DNA of 64,000 nt, from positions 1,139 to 65,138 of the forward strand of contig CANQOO010000006.1 in NCBI GenBank assembly GCA_947625515.1, given 5' to 3'. This document shows, in pieces, positions 18,618-30,300 of the stretch. Each line of letters opens with the position of its first letter. Positions within the stretch are counted from its first letter, which is position 1. A program made the translations under genes and the position numbers. Source of the DNA: an uncultured Clostridia bacterium. Lineage in GTDB: Bacteria > Bacillota > Clostridia > Christensenellales > UBA1242. The notes below the pieces were generated by a model, which made no database searches, was not told the DNA's origin, and saw only the letters and a program-made list of their open reading frames with translations.

Positions 18618-19064
18618 ATGCAAAAATTGAAAATTAACATTCAAAAAATTGACCCCAATGCACAACTGCCAACATACGGCACAGAGTTTTCTGCTGGGGC
18701 GGACCTGCACGCTCTACTTGATGCGGGCCTGACTATCTTGCCGGGTGAAACCAAGTTTGTCAAAACGGGGCTGGCGTTTGAAATCCCGGAAGGATATGTC
18801 GGGCTTCTTTTTGCTCGCAGCGGCTTGGCGTGCAAACAGGGGCTTGCACTCGCGAACAAGGTCGGCGTAATCGACAGCGACTATCGCGGAGAACTGATGG
18901 TTGCCCTGCACAATCATTCTTCCCAGCCGTGCACAGTGGCAAACGGGGACCGCATTGCTCAGCTTGTGATTATGCCATATTTTTGCGCTGAATTTGAAGA
19001 AGTGGAACGATTGAATGAAAGCGTTCGCAGTGCTGGTGCATTTGGCTCCACCGGCTGCAAATGA
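18618..19064 (+). CDS. dut: dUTP diphosphatase
   Basis: 148 aa with the classic dUTPase motifs AGADL, ARSGLA, GVIDSDYRGEL and C-terminal GAFGSTG. Confidence 0.9.
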   Translation: MQKLKINIQKIDPNAQLPTYGTEFSAGADLHALLDAGLTILPGETKFVKTGLAFEIPEGYVGLLFARSGLACKQGLALANKVGVIDSDYRGELMVALHNHSSQPCTVANGDRIAQLVIMPYFCAEFEEVERLNESVRSAGAFGSTGCK

Positions 19065-19275
19065 ATGCGTATTTGTTTTTCAAAACTGGTTGAAACGAGC
19101 AAGAATAATAAGTTCATAATTAAGATGTGAACTGTTCATAATTAAGATGTAAATTGTTTATAATTTAGACCCGAGCAAAAAAATAAAAATCACAATCAAA
19201 AAAAACGAGCGGAAAAATTATATTTAAAAAGTGCAAATAAATTAAGAAAAGAAAAAAATAAAAATGTTGAAAAAA

Positions 19276-19299
19276 ACGGGCAAAAATGCCTGTTTTTTT
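19276..19299 (+). terminator. Intrinsic terminator downstream of dut
   Basis: ACGGGCA-AAAA-TGCCTGT forms a 7-bp stem with one G-U pair, followed by TTTTTTT. Confidence 0.55.
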
Positions 19300-19755
19300 A
19301 TTTTTTTTACATATTTTTGTCACTGATTTTATCAAAGAAATAGAGGTTTGCTTAATTTTCTGAAAAAATATTTTATAATAAAAACTTTTCTTGCAATTTT
19401 TTGAGATTTTTTTCTAAAAGAGGTGATTTTTACGGTTTTTGAGGGGTTTTCAAATATAAATAATTTTTTTGATTTTACTTTAAATGTGGATTTTTCTTGA
19501 TTTTGAATTTGTTGTAATTTTAAGAATTTTTGAAGTTTAAGTTGATTCTTATTTTGACGCCGCTATTCTAATTCTCCTCAGTTTTTATGTGACAAGAAAA
19601 TTGTTTTTCCATACATTGGATTATGGGAGGATTTACGTGCACGGAGACATTGACGCACAAAATTGAGATGCAAAATTTATCCAAAATTTTTTGGGATGCA
19701 TAAATGGTGCCAAGCTGCAACTGTGAGATGAAAACTTGCAGAATTAAAAGCTTCT

Positions 19756-19831
19756 AAGTTTGCGAAAAATGCTTGCTTGCAAAATTGAAAGGCTTTAAAT
19801 TTGCAAAAAATGCTTAACTTGCAAAATCTGA
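19756..19831 (+). promoter_or_regulatory. Pair of 33-35 bp direct repeats immediately upstream of the ZIP transporter gene (possible operator)
   Basis: AAGTTTGCGAAAAATGCTTGCTTGCAAAATTGA (19756-19788) and AAATTTGCAAAAAATGCTTAACTTGCAAAATCTGA (19797-19831). The second ends 28 nt before the ATG. Confidence 0.3.
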
Positions 19832-19858
19832 CGAAAATTCCGTGTGCGATGCAAAAGA

Positions 19859-20752
19859 ATGAACGAAACTGCGGTGATTGCACTGGGCTTTATTTTGCCG
19901 TGCCTGATGACGACCTTGGGTGCCGTGCTGGTGTTTTTCTTTAAAAAGACGTCAAAAATTGTAAACATGATCACAATCGGTTTGGCGGCGGGGATTATGC
20001 TTTCGGCGTCAATTTGGTCGCTGCTGGTGCCGGCACTGGATAATGCATCGAACGGCTGGGGAGATTTGGCATTTTTGCCGGTTGTGCTTGGGTTTGTGCT
20101 TGGCGGGCTGCTGATGCTTTTTATGGACTTTCTTTCCAACAAAATATACAAAGAAAAAGTGAAAGAAAAAGACGAAATCAGCCCAATAACTTGCCCAAAA
20201 ACTTGTTCAGACATGGCACGTGAGCAGGGGAACGCAAAAGAAAAAGACGAAACGCACTTAAAAACCTGCCCAGAAGGTTGCCCAGATATGGTGCGGGAGA
20301 GGAAGAAGGCGTTCAAGATGTTCACAGCAATTACAATTCACAACATTCCTGAGGGGCTTTCGGTTGGGTTTGCCATTGGGACCGCCGTTGCGATGGGAAG
20401 TCCACTGCTTGCGGCATTGATGTTTGCTGTCGGCATTGCGTTGCAGAATTTTCCGGAGGGTCTTGCCACTGCCCTGCCAATCTATACTTCGCTGGGCAAG
20501 AAGGGCAAGGCGTTTTGGCTGGCAACGCTGTCGGGGCTTGTTGAGCCGCTTTTCGCCATGCTTGGATTCTTTTTGGCGGCATACATCACCTCGCTGCTGC
20601 CGTGGCTGTTGGCGTTTGCCGCCGGGGCGATGATTTATGTGATTGTGGAAGAAATGATTCCGGAAATTCAAGTGGACGGACAAAAAAAGTTGGGTACATG
20701 GTCATTCGTGCTGGGCTTTGTTGTGATGATGATTCTTGACGTCTGTCTGTGA
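19859..20752 (+). CDS. ZIP-family (ZupT-like) divalent metal transporter with a Cys-rich cytoplasmic loop
   Basis: ITIHNIPEGLSVGFAIG and LQNFPEGLA are the ZIP signature helices. The tracked start (19844) is a GTG, so I prefer the ATG at 19859 (MNETAVIALGF). No clear RBS for either. Confidence 0.8.
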   Translation: MNETAVIALGFILPCLMTTLGAVLVFFFKKTSKIVNMITIGLAAGIMLSASIWSLLVPALDNASNGWGDLAFLPVVLGFVLGGLLMLFMDFLSNKIYKEKVKEKDEISPITCPKTCSDMAREQGNAKEKDETHLKTCPEGCPDMVRERKKAFKMFTAITIHNIPEGLSVGFAIGTAVAMGSPLLAALMFAVGIALQNFPEGLATALPIYTSLGKKGKAFWLATLSGLVEPLFAMLGFFLAAYITSLLPWLLAFAAGAMIYVIVEEMIPEIQVDGQKKLGTWSFVLGFVVMMILDVCL

Positions 20753-21328
20753 AAAATTGGAAAAAATTGTTAGGAAGCGACAAAAATTTGAAAAAATTGT
20801 TAAAAAATGACAAAAATTTAAAAAATTGCTTATAAATTAAAAACATTGCTCAAAAGCCTAGAAAAATTTTGCTTAAAAAACTAAAATATGCTAAAAAACA
20901 AGAAAATTGCTTAAAAATTGTAAAAATTTAAGCAAAAAACTATGTAAAAAATTATTTGAAAATAAATAAAAACTGTCAAAATAGTTGTTTAAAAAATAGC
21001 AAAAAAAATTAACAAAAAAATAAGCAAAAAATATAAAAAATGGCAAAAAAAGCCGCAAAAATTGCAAAAAAATGATTAAAAAATAATAAAATATTTGACA
21101 AAAAATTAAGAAAATAAAAGAGGCTTAAAACTGGCAAAAAGTGACTTGGAAAATGGGCGGAAAATTGAGTGGAAAAGTTTGGAAAATCTGACTTGCAAAT
21201 TCGACCTGCGAAACAAAACGATAAATTTGAACGATAAATTTGGTAGATATTATCAGAATGCGAGAAAGTTTTTATAGAAAATGAAGAAAATGAGAAAATA
21301 AAAACTTGTTGAATTTATGCAAAAAAAT

Positions 21329-21357
21329 TTGTAAAAGTTTGTCGTTTAATATATAAT
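21329..21357 (+). promoter_or_regulatory. Candidate sigma-A promoter of the giant gene (TTGTAA-17 nt-TATAAT) ending 7 nt before its ATG
   Basis: TTGTAA 21329-21334, a 17-nt spacer, then TATAAT 21352-21357. The ATG is at 21365 with no Shine-Dalgarno in between. Confidence 0.35.
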
Positions 21358-21364
21358 ATATATC

Positions 21365-24300
21365 ATGAAAAATTTTCTGCTGGCTCTTTGTGCAATATTT
21401 ATGGTGTTCGGCATTGCCTGCGGAACTACTTTTTTGACGGGCTATGCCACAGTGGTGTTGGCAGAAGAGTCAGCCGGAGAGTCGACCGATGGTTCAACAG
21501 ACAATTCAACTGGCGAGTCCACTGACGGGTCCAGCAGCGAGACCAATGGTGATTCCACAGACAATTCAACTGAGGAGTCCAATGGCGAATCCACTGGGGA
21601 GACCACAGACGGTTCAACAGATGATTCAACAAATGGGTCAACTGAAGGGTCAGGCGAAGAACCGGGCGATGTTGAGGCGATGGCATCTGGCTATGCGACA
21701 GCGATTGACGAAATTTGGGACGGCGGCTATACTCGTTTTGACCCGATTCTGCTGCAAAAGCTTATACAGCAGGTTGCAGGACAAACCTACGGGCTATCAA
21801 GGCTTCCAAGCAGCACAATCACCGCGACAGACATGCGCTCCAGCACTGGTGGTGGCAAACAAAATGGACAAGATATCAAAGTGAAGTTTGGTGGAGTGAA
21901 CTGGACCCCTGTGTATCTTTCTAAAGACACAAACGGCAATGTGATTTTGACGTTGTGGGAAACAGATGTTTTGTCATCAAATTACACAACAAATTGGCAA
22001 GCCAGTCTGTCCAACGTTAATTCAAGCACATACCCCGCAAACATGTATGCGACTTCAAGGGCTGCAATTGCATTGCTTAACAATGCAGGGTCATATTTGG
22101 CCTATAATGGAAGTTCGTTCATAAACTATACCCAAACTACAACGGGTACATATGCAAAATTTACGATGTCTTCGGCTACTGGAAGCCTTGTGAGGTATTT
22201 GGTGACCCCCGACAAAATGAGCTGGCAAACCTCACAGTCTACATCAAACACGGGTGCACCAAAGACTGGCAAAATCACTGGCGGTGGACCTGGGGTGGTA
22301 ACTCCGTCGGAATCGGGTGCAGATGCGATCACTCCAGGGACAACAACGTATTATAACAGGTCAAACGAGGCCGTATCTTCTGGCGGCATTCTGTTCTATA
22401 GTGCAGATTATAACTATTTGAGCAAATTTCCAACCTATGCTGGAAAATGGGGATCTCATTACTTATGGCTGCCTTCGCTTACTGAGGCGGGCGGGACTGC
22501 AACATATGCACAGGACGTGACGGGTGCTGGATTGTGGGGATTGTCAGCAACACAGCGAAAAAGCACAAATAGCTCAAGTGGATCTTGGTATCGATCTGCT
22601 TCTATTGACAGTCAAGCATATGCTTATTATATCGACTACTCGACCGACAAGTTTGACAAAGCCAATGTGTGCACTGCGACGTACGACATTCGCCCTGCGA
22701 TTCACCTTAATTTGACAGCTGCTGTCAATGATGCTAAGACAGTTGTAACATATGACCCCAATGGCGGAACAACAAAGTCTGGCGAGACATACAATGTTAC
22801 GGTCAAGTGTTCGGACACATATAGTTTTCCTTCCATCGAACCAGTAAGAACAGGCTACGATTTTGATGGCTGGTATCCTTACTCCGGAAGCAGCGGCCAA
22901 GAACTGACAACTTCAACCCCGTTACGCACAAGTGAGGATCACACTGTTTATGCACACTGGTCGGGGAGTAACTACAGCATCGTCGCGAATGCGAACGGCG
23001 GAACATTCCCGTCCACAAGTGTGAGCGGGTGGAGTGTTTCCGGATCTGATCGTGCAAAATTCAGGGTGGCATACGACAGTTCGCTTGGTAATTTTCCTGC
23101 AGACCCGACAAGAAATGGCTGTATTTTCGCGGGGTGGTACACCACACCTTCCAGTGGTGGGTCGCGAATTACGGTGGATACAATTTTGGACGGCTCGGGG
23201 ATTTCGTTCGATCACACCTACAAGATAGGCACCATTTACGCCCGGTGGACCTTGCTTGATTACAGGATTAACTATAACACTGCCGGAGGGAACATAACTT
23301 CGTCGAGTTACACCACATCATACAATATTGACTCCACCATCACACTGCCGTCGGCATCGAGGACGGGCTACACTTTCGATGGCTGGAAGGTGACGCAAAA
23401 TGACGCAACTTCGTCGTGGTCAACAACCACAACATATTTGGCAACCGACAAGCTGACCGATATGTATGGCAATGTCACATTGATAGCTCAGTGGACGCCG
23501 AAAACCTACACCGTCACGCTTAACACAAATGGTGGGGCTTGGCAGACCGGCACCACAACGGGGACAAGGACGATTACTGTAACATATAATTACTCCATGC
23601 CAACCGCTTACAGATCTCCAGCCGGGCAAGCGTGGGAGGCTCCGTGGAGGACAGGCTATGACTTTGCCGGTTTCTATGACACTCCAAGTGAAAGCGGAGG
23701 CACGCAGTATTATAATGCTTCACTGTCAGAAGAACATGTCTGGAATAAGACGCAAGATGATATCTTGTATGCACGCTGGACACCAAAAGAATATACCATC
23801 ACCGCAAACATGAACGGCGGCACCATTGCAAACAATGCAACAGACCTGAATGGGTGGAAATATTCATCCACCTCCGCCGCGACACACAGTTTTGGCTACA
23901 CAAGCATCATCAGTCCGCTGCCAAAGCCGACGCGGAATGGCTATGAGTTTGCGGGGTGGTATTCCACAAAAGCATACGCAGACGCGGCAGGCTCTAGTGG
24001 CAAAATCAGCACAACCACACTGACCTCATCCACCCTGAAACTTAGCGAGGCCAACATCGGCGACTTGAACGATACCGCAAAAACCGGCACTATCTATGCT
24101 GGCTGGACGGAGATTGAATACACCATCACCTATCAAGTGAATGGCGGAAGTTTCACAAGCGGCACTTCGAGTTCGCAGACCTATAAAATCACATCCACCG
24201 CCAAACTGTACGACGCTTCCAAAATCACAAAAGCGGGCTTCGCCCTGTCGGGCTGGCTTGCGTCCAATTCGGAAGGCAGTTGGTCGGACGGGCAAACTTA

Positions 24301-27300
24301 TGGTGCGGGATTGTCATTGAGTGGAAAATATGGCGATGTCACCCTGACCGCACAGTGGACAAACACCCAAATTAAGATTGTCGCCGACCTCGGCGGTGGG
24401 ACCATTGCAAGTGGCAGCCTCAATGGCTGGACCAACAGCAGCGGAGTCATTTCCAAAAATGTGACCAATGCCACCACTCAGCTGGGCGGTCTGCCAACGC
24501 CGACCAAAAGTGGCTATTCTTTCACTGGCTGGTTTACGGCAAGCACCGGCGGCACCCTTGTGGGCTTCACAACCAGCACGCTGACGGCGTCAAATTTGAA
24601 TATTGTCGCAGCCACTCAAACCGCCACAATCTACGCTCGCTGGGTGCACACGCCTGTTGACGTGACCTACAACGCAAATGGCGGAACTTTTGGCAGTTCA
24701 AATACGCTGACGCAAAAAGCGGCTGTGGACAACTATTATGGCCAGATGAATTTGTATAATCCGATATCTGGCGAACTGACCCTTGCACAAGGCGTGTTAT
24801 ACAGCAGCAGTGCACATACTTTTGCTGTCACTAGAAAAGACAACCGCTCCGGAAGTGCAGAAATGTATGCGGGTTTCAGTAGTGCTTACAATGGAAATGT
24901 GTTTGTTCAAAACACAACATACACAGCCGTGTTGAAAATTCTTACCTACAATGTAACTGCAAGCAGTTCGATTGCTGTCTGCGTTGCTTCAAATGGCAGA
25001 GATGTTTGCAGCAGCGATGTCAGAATTAACTTTTCTGGCACTGGCACTTATGTCAAAACTTTCACAACCAAATCAAATTTTTCTTCAATAGAATCAAATT
25101 TGCGTTCGCTTGTTTGCATTCCTGTTGGGGCGAATGTCTCAAGTCTCATGTTCACCCTGTCTATTTTCTTGGGGGACATCTCAAGCCAAATCAACACGGA
25201 CAGTTTCATATATGAAGACCCAAACACCGCACCAAGCATCACATATGCAGACGGCAAATCTCTGCCAACACCGACGAGGGCGGGCTACACCTTCAAGGGC
25301 TGGGCAACAACTGCGGGTGCAACAACTCCTAATGTGACAGTTGCGACCAAAGTCACCGACTCGAGTGCAAGAACGCTTTACGCCGTTTGGGAGGCTCAAT
25401 CTCACACGCTGACGGTTGACAAAAACAATGCAACAACCTACACGGGACAAAATTCCTACACGCTTGAAACTGACCAGGTTCAAGCAATTCCGGCACCGCA
25501 AAGGAACGGTTATACCTTTGCAGGCTGGTCTGTTTCTCCGTCTGGCACTGGCACAATTGTAAGTGGCAACAATGTCACAATGGGCTGGGCGGATGCAAAA
25601 ATCACCGCCACCTGGACGCCGCATATATACACCATCTCGCTGAATCAAGACGATGCAGATGCAAAAGGCACGCAGACGGTTTATCTGAAATATGCCGATG
25701 GGCTTTATACGAGCAAGGCTTGCTCCACTTCGGACAAACTGACAAACGGAAAACTCACCTCTCTGCCGACCAAGGCTGGCTATGATTTTGACGGCTTCTG
25801 GACGGGCAGCGGCGGTGTTGGCACACAAATTTTTGACAAGAGCGGGGCTTTTGTCTCGAACTATACTTTCTATTATGGCGAAAACGGCTCGACCAAAACG
25901 CTTTATGTGAAATGGTCAGCAAAAACTTTCACTGTCACATATGACCCAAATGGCGGCACGCTTACCCCGTCAGGCACGGCAAGTTCCTTCACAATCACAT
26001 TTGGTGATGCATATGGCACGCATGTGACTGGCGTAAGTGCAACAAGAACGGGCTATAACTTCTTGGGCTGGTGCCTGAACGAAAGTGCAGGCAATGGCAC
26101 GGGAGCGGTGCTTAAATCAACAGACACTGTCACAACCGCAGGCGACCACTATCTCTACGCCAAATGGGAGGCGAAATCTTATACAATCACCCTCAACGGC
26201 AATGACGGAAGTGTCACTCCGACCAGCGTGAAGGTGGTGTATAATGACAGCAATGTTTATGTTGTCAACTCATCCAATGCCGCCAAAATCACGGCGAGCA
26301 GAGATGGATATAATTTGCTTGGCTTCTATTTCCACAACGGCTCAACTTCACAGGGGCCAGTGATGGATGCCAACGGCAGACTTGTGGCAAATGTCAGCGG
26401 CTTCACTGGGGCAAATGGCATTTGGACCAGGGATGGAGGCGTGACCCTCTACGCAGAATGGAGTGCACAGTCAAGGACGGTCATCTTGAACGCAAACGGC
26501 AGCAAGATTGACGGACAAAACTCCATCAGCGTCACTGCAAATGTTGGGGCAGAGATTAACATCAGCGAACACACACTTGCTTCGCGTCCGGGCTATGAAT
26601 TTACAGGATGGGCTCTCGCAAGCGGCTCCGGCAACGGCACACTTACAAACGAAAACAATGTTTGGAAATATGTTGTAGGCACGGGAGAGTCACAGCAAGT
26701 GAACGCTCAATGGGCAAATCGCGTCTATTCGGTCACTTGGGACAAAGGTGCTGGCACGCTTACAAGCCCAACCACGCTCTATCTTAAATACGACGTGGGC
26801 TTCTTCTCAGATAAATCCTGCCAGACGAAGTTCACCGGCAAGGTGGCTTGTGCAAGCAGAACTGGCTACTCCTTTGCGGGCTATTATTCTTCGCAAACTG
26901 GCGGCACACAAATTTTTGATGGAACTGGGGCTTGCGTGACGACAAACTTCACATTCTATTCGGAAGCAACCGATTCCGTCACTCTCTATGCAAGATACAA
27001 CGCACTTTCATATGATGTCACATTTAACCTTCAAGGCGGGACATGGCAAGACGGCACAACGGAAACAAGGAAGGTGCACGCAACATTTGACTCTGCTATG
27101 CCATCGTCCTTCTCAACCGGAAAAGTGCTGGAAGCACCAAAGCGAGCAGGCTATACTTTTGCCGGCTTCTATGACACCGAAAATGGCAAGGAAGGCAACC
27201 AATATTACACCTCTTCCATGACAAGTGCAAACGCGTGGGACAAGGCACAAGCAGCCACACTGTATGCACACTGGACTCCACTTACTTACACTCTTGTGTT

Positions 27301-30300
27301 TGAAACAGACGACGGCACTGACAGAACATCTGTCACTGGCAAGGCATATGGCTCCCTCTTCACAGCGGCAGAACTTTCCTTAACCGCAAGCACGCGGACG
27401 GGATATATTTTGGAAGGGTGGTATAACGACTCTTTGTTCACAACAAAACTGACAACATCACTCGCTTTTGACAGCACCCACGCCACATTTGATAACATTG
27501 GCAAGGCTGGGTCAAACGCGACAATCTATGCAAAATGGGTGGGCATGACTTACACCCTGACATACGATTTGGATGGCGGCACCGGCGTGACCAATCACAC
27601 AAAAGTGTATGGCACAAAGTTCACTGCCGATGATTTAAAAACTCCGACCAAAAATGGATTTACATTCGACGGGTGGTATAACAACTCTTCTTACACAACA
27701 AAACTGACCACATCACTTGCTTTTGACAGCAGCACCGCAACATTTGCAGAGATTGGCAAAGAAAACACTGTGGCAACAATTTACGCAAAGTGGTCGGCAA
27801 ACACATACAACATCACCTATCAGGCAAACGGCGGCAATTTCACCTCCGGCAGCACAACATCCAAAAAAGTTGGATACGAGCCAGACTCGCTGGTTCTGTA
27901 TGGAACAAGCGATATTGCACGTGCGGGATACACTCTTGTGGGGTGGACGGCTTCAAACGCCTCTTCGACTGCAAGCAACTGGGAAAACGGCCATACATAT
28001 GGCGTTGGGGCGGACCTTAAAAGTGCATTGATGTATGGAGATGTCACCCTGACCGCAGTCTGGGAGGGCAACCTCATTAAAGTCAACCTGAATGGCAACA
28101 AGGGCAGCGGCTCGACCGGCCCAACTTTTAGCGATACAAAATATCAAAATTCGACACAACAATACATATATATAAGATACGGCTCCAAGGAGGTGTATGC
28201 AGAGAGGTCAACAGCCAATCTGCACACTCCTGTGGGCAACGCACTTTCGGCAATTCCTGGCATATCACGCAAGGGATACTCTTTTGTCGGCTGGTTTACG
28301 GCAGCAAGTGGCGGCACACAACTTACTGGCTCGGACGGCAAAATCACTGTAAATTGGACATTTGAAACCGCGGATACGGCAACAATTTATGCACACTGGA
28401 CGCCAAACACCTACACCATCACCCTCAACAAGGGCGACGGCGTTACTGATGATGTGACTTTCTGGAACAGCTCAACAAACACCACAATTTCAAGCACCGT
28501 GTATGTCGCTTTTGACGGAACAAAGTTCTATTCTTCCACTGTTTTGACCGAGGAGAATGTAATTTTGCCAGTGGCGAAGCGAAACGGCTATTCCTTCGAC
28601 GGCTGGGCACTTGACGGAACTGTTGTGACAAATAAACTTGGCAGCCTGCTCAACGCCTGGACGTCTGACAACACTCCACCGACATTCACGCTGAAAGCAA
28701 CTTGGGTGGCGAATAAATATAGGGTGTGCCTGAACACAGGCGTCGAGGATGCAACATTTGATGAAAGCAGCGTGAATGGGTGGAGCAGGGATTCAAGCAA
28801 TCGCTACCTTGCTTATCGCACAATGACCTTTGAAGAAGCTTTCAATCTTCCAGGCGTTGACGCAACAGGCTTCACGGACGGGACAAATTTTATCACCTAC
28901 AATGGCTATAGATTCCTTGGCTGGACCACCAACGAATCTTTGGCAAAGACATATTACAGCGGGCTTTATTCGGATGATGACCTCAAAGACTTGCTCGCGG
29001 GAACGCTTGTTTTGAAGGACGCCAAAATTTCCAAACAACTTGATGGCGAGCCAAACATTCTCATTCAAACTCTGTATGCCGTTTGGCAAAAAATCAACTA
29101 TACTATTGAATATTTTGAAAGCGACGGCACGACAAAAATCAACACTCTTTCTCCAACACATTACAATGTTGAGGGGCAGGTGGACACTCGCAGCGGCGAT
29201 GTAATCACATCCAGCGACTTTACACTGCCAGCCCATGTCAAAACGGGATACAGTTTCCTGGGCTGGACGCCTGTGAAAACTGCTGGCAACTGGGCTTCCA
29301 TAACCTATCCAGCGGGCGGAACAAGCCTTAAAGGGATGTATGGCGACATCCAACTGAAAGCCGTTTGGCAGCAAAATGTGTATAAAGTCACGCTCAACCT
29401 TGGCTCTCATTCATTTGCCGACGCAAGTTTTGTACCAAGTGGAAGCAACGCCAGTGGCTTCAAAACGAATGATAGCGAAAATGCATACATATATTTCCAA
29501 TTCATGTCCTCAAAAATTTATGCGGGACGCAGCTCGGAAACATATCCAAACACTCCGTCAAACGAACTTTCTGCAATCAAGGCAAAAGCGTTGGGCAAAA
29601 ACCCAACATCGGGTGCTTTGGATGCATACATCTTCGCCGGATGGAGCCATAACGGCACCAAAATCATCGATAAAGACGGACATTTGATTAAGGGCGTAAG
29701 TGGCTACACAGACGCAAACGGAAACTGGATTCACGCTGGCGACGATATCATGCTGACCGCACAGTGGGATGCTGCAACTTTCAACTTGACGCTCGACAAC
29801 GGCAACGGCACGGGCGGGGCAACACAGGCAACTGTCACATTTGGCAAAAATCAAGTGACATTCAATCAAACATCGTTCGCTCCGACCCTTGCGGGACACA
29901 CATTTGCAGGCTGGACAGTTGACAACACAAATGTTGTGCTGTCAAGCGGCGGGGCATTGCAAGCTTACGACGGCTATGTGCAGGCATCTTCGACAAGCAG
30001 CACTGGCACAACATATGTGTGGACTCATGCCGCAAACGGCGTGACACTTTACGCCAAGTGGACGGCAAAACAATACACCGTCACCGTTCACGCCAACGAC
30101 GGCGGAACATTTGCTGATTCATCTGGCGGCTGGTCTGTTTCTGGCGACAGCACGACCGCATCTAAAAATGTGGGATATCAGGATGCACTGACGGGCTTGC
30201 CGGCACTCAGTTCTCTTATTGACACAAGCCTGCCGACCACAAATCACGAAAAATACGTCTTCACGGGCTGGTTCACAGCGGCGATTGGCGGCACTTTCCT

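Noticed and set aside
15533-18710. Reverse-strand ORFs overlapping nrdD/nrdG (15533..16066, 16664..17146, 17907..18710)
   Set aside because: They are antisense to unambiguous nrdD and nrdG coding sequence, or span an A/T-rich spacer, and have no motifs.
20753-21364. About 600-bp A-rich spacer with recurring AAAAATTG/TTAAAAAA words, considered as a CRISPR-like or tandem-repeat array
   Set aside because: It has no fixed period and no repeat-spacer organisation, and the words are short and degenerate. The same A-rich style recurs in other intergenic regions (49.6 kb, 62.0 kb), so it looks like a genome-wide compositional habit.
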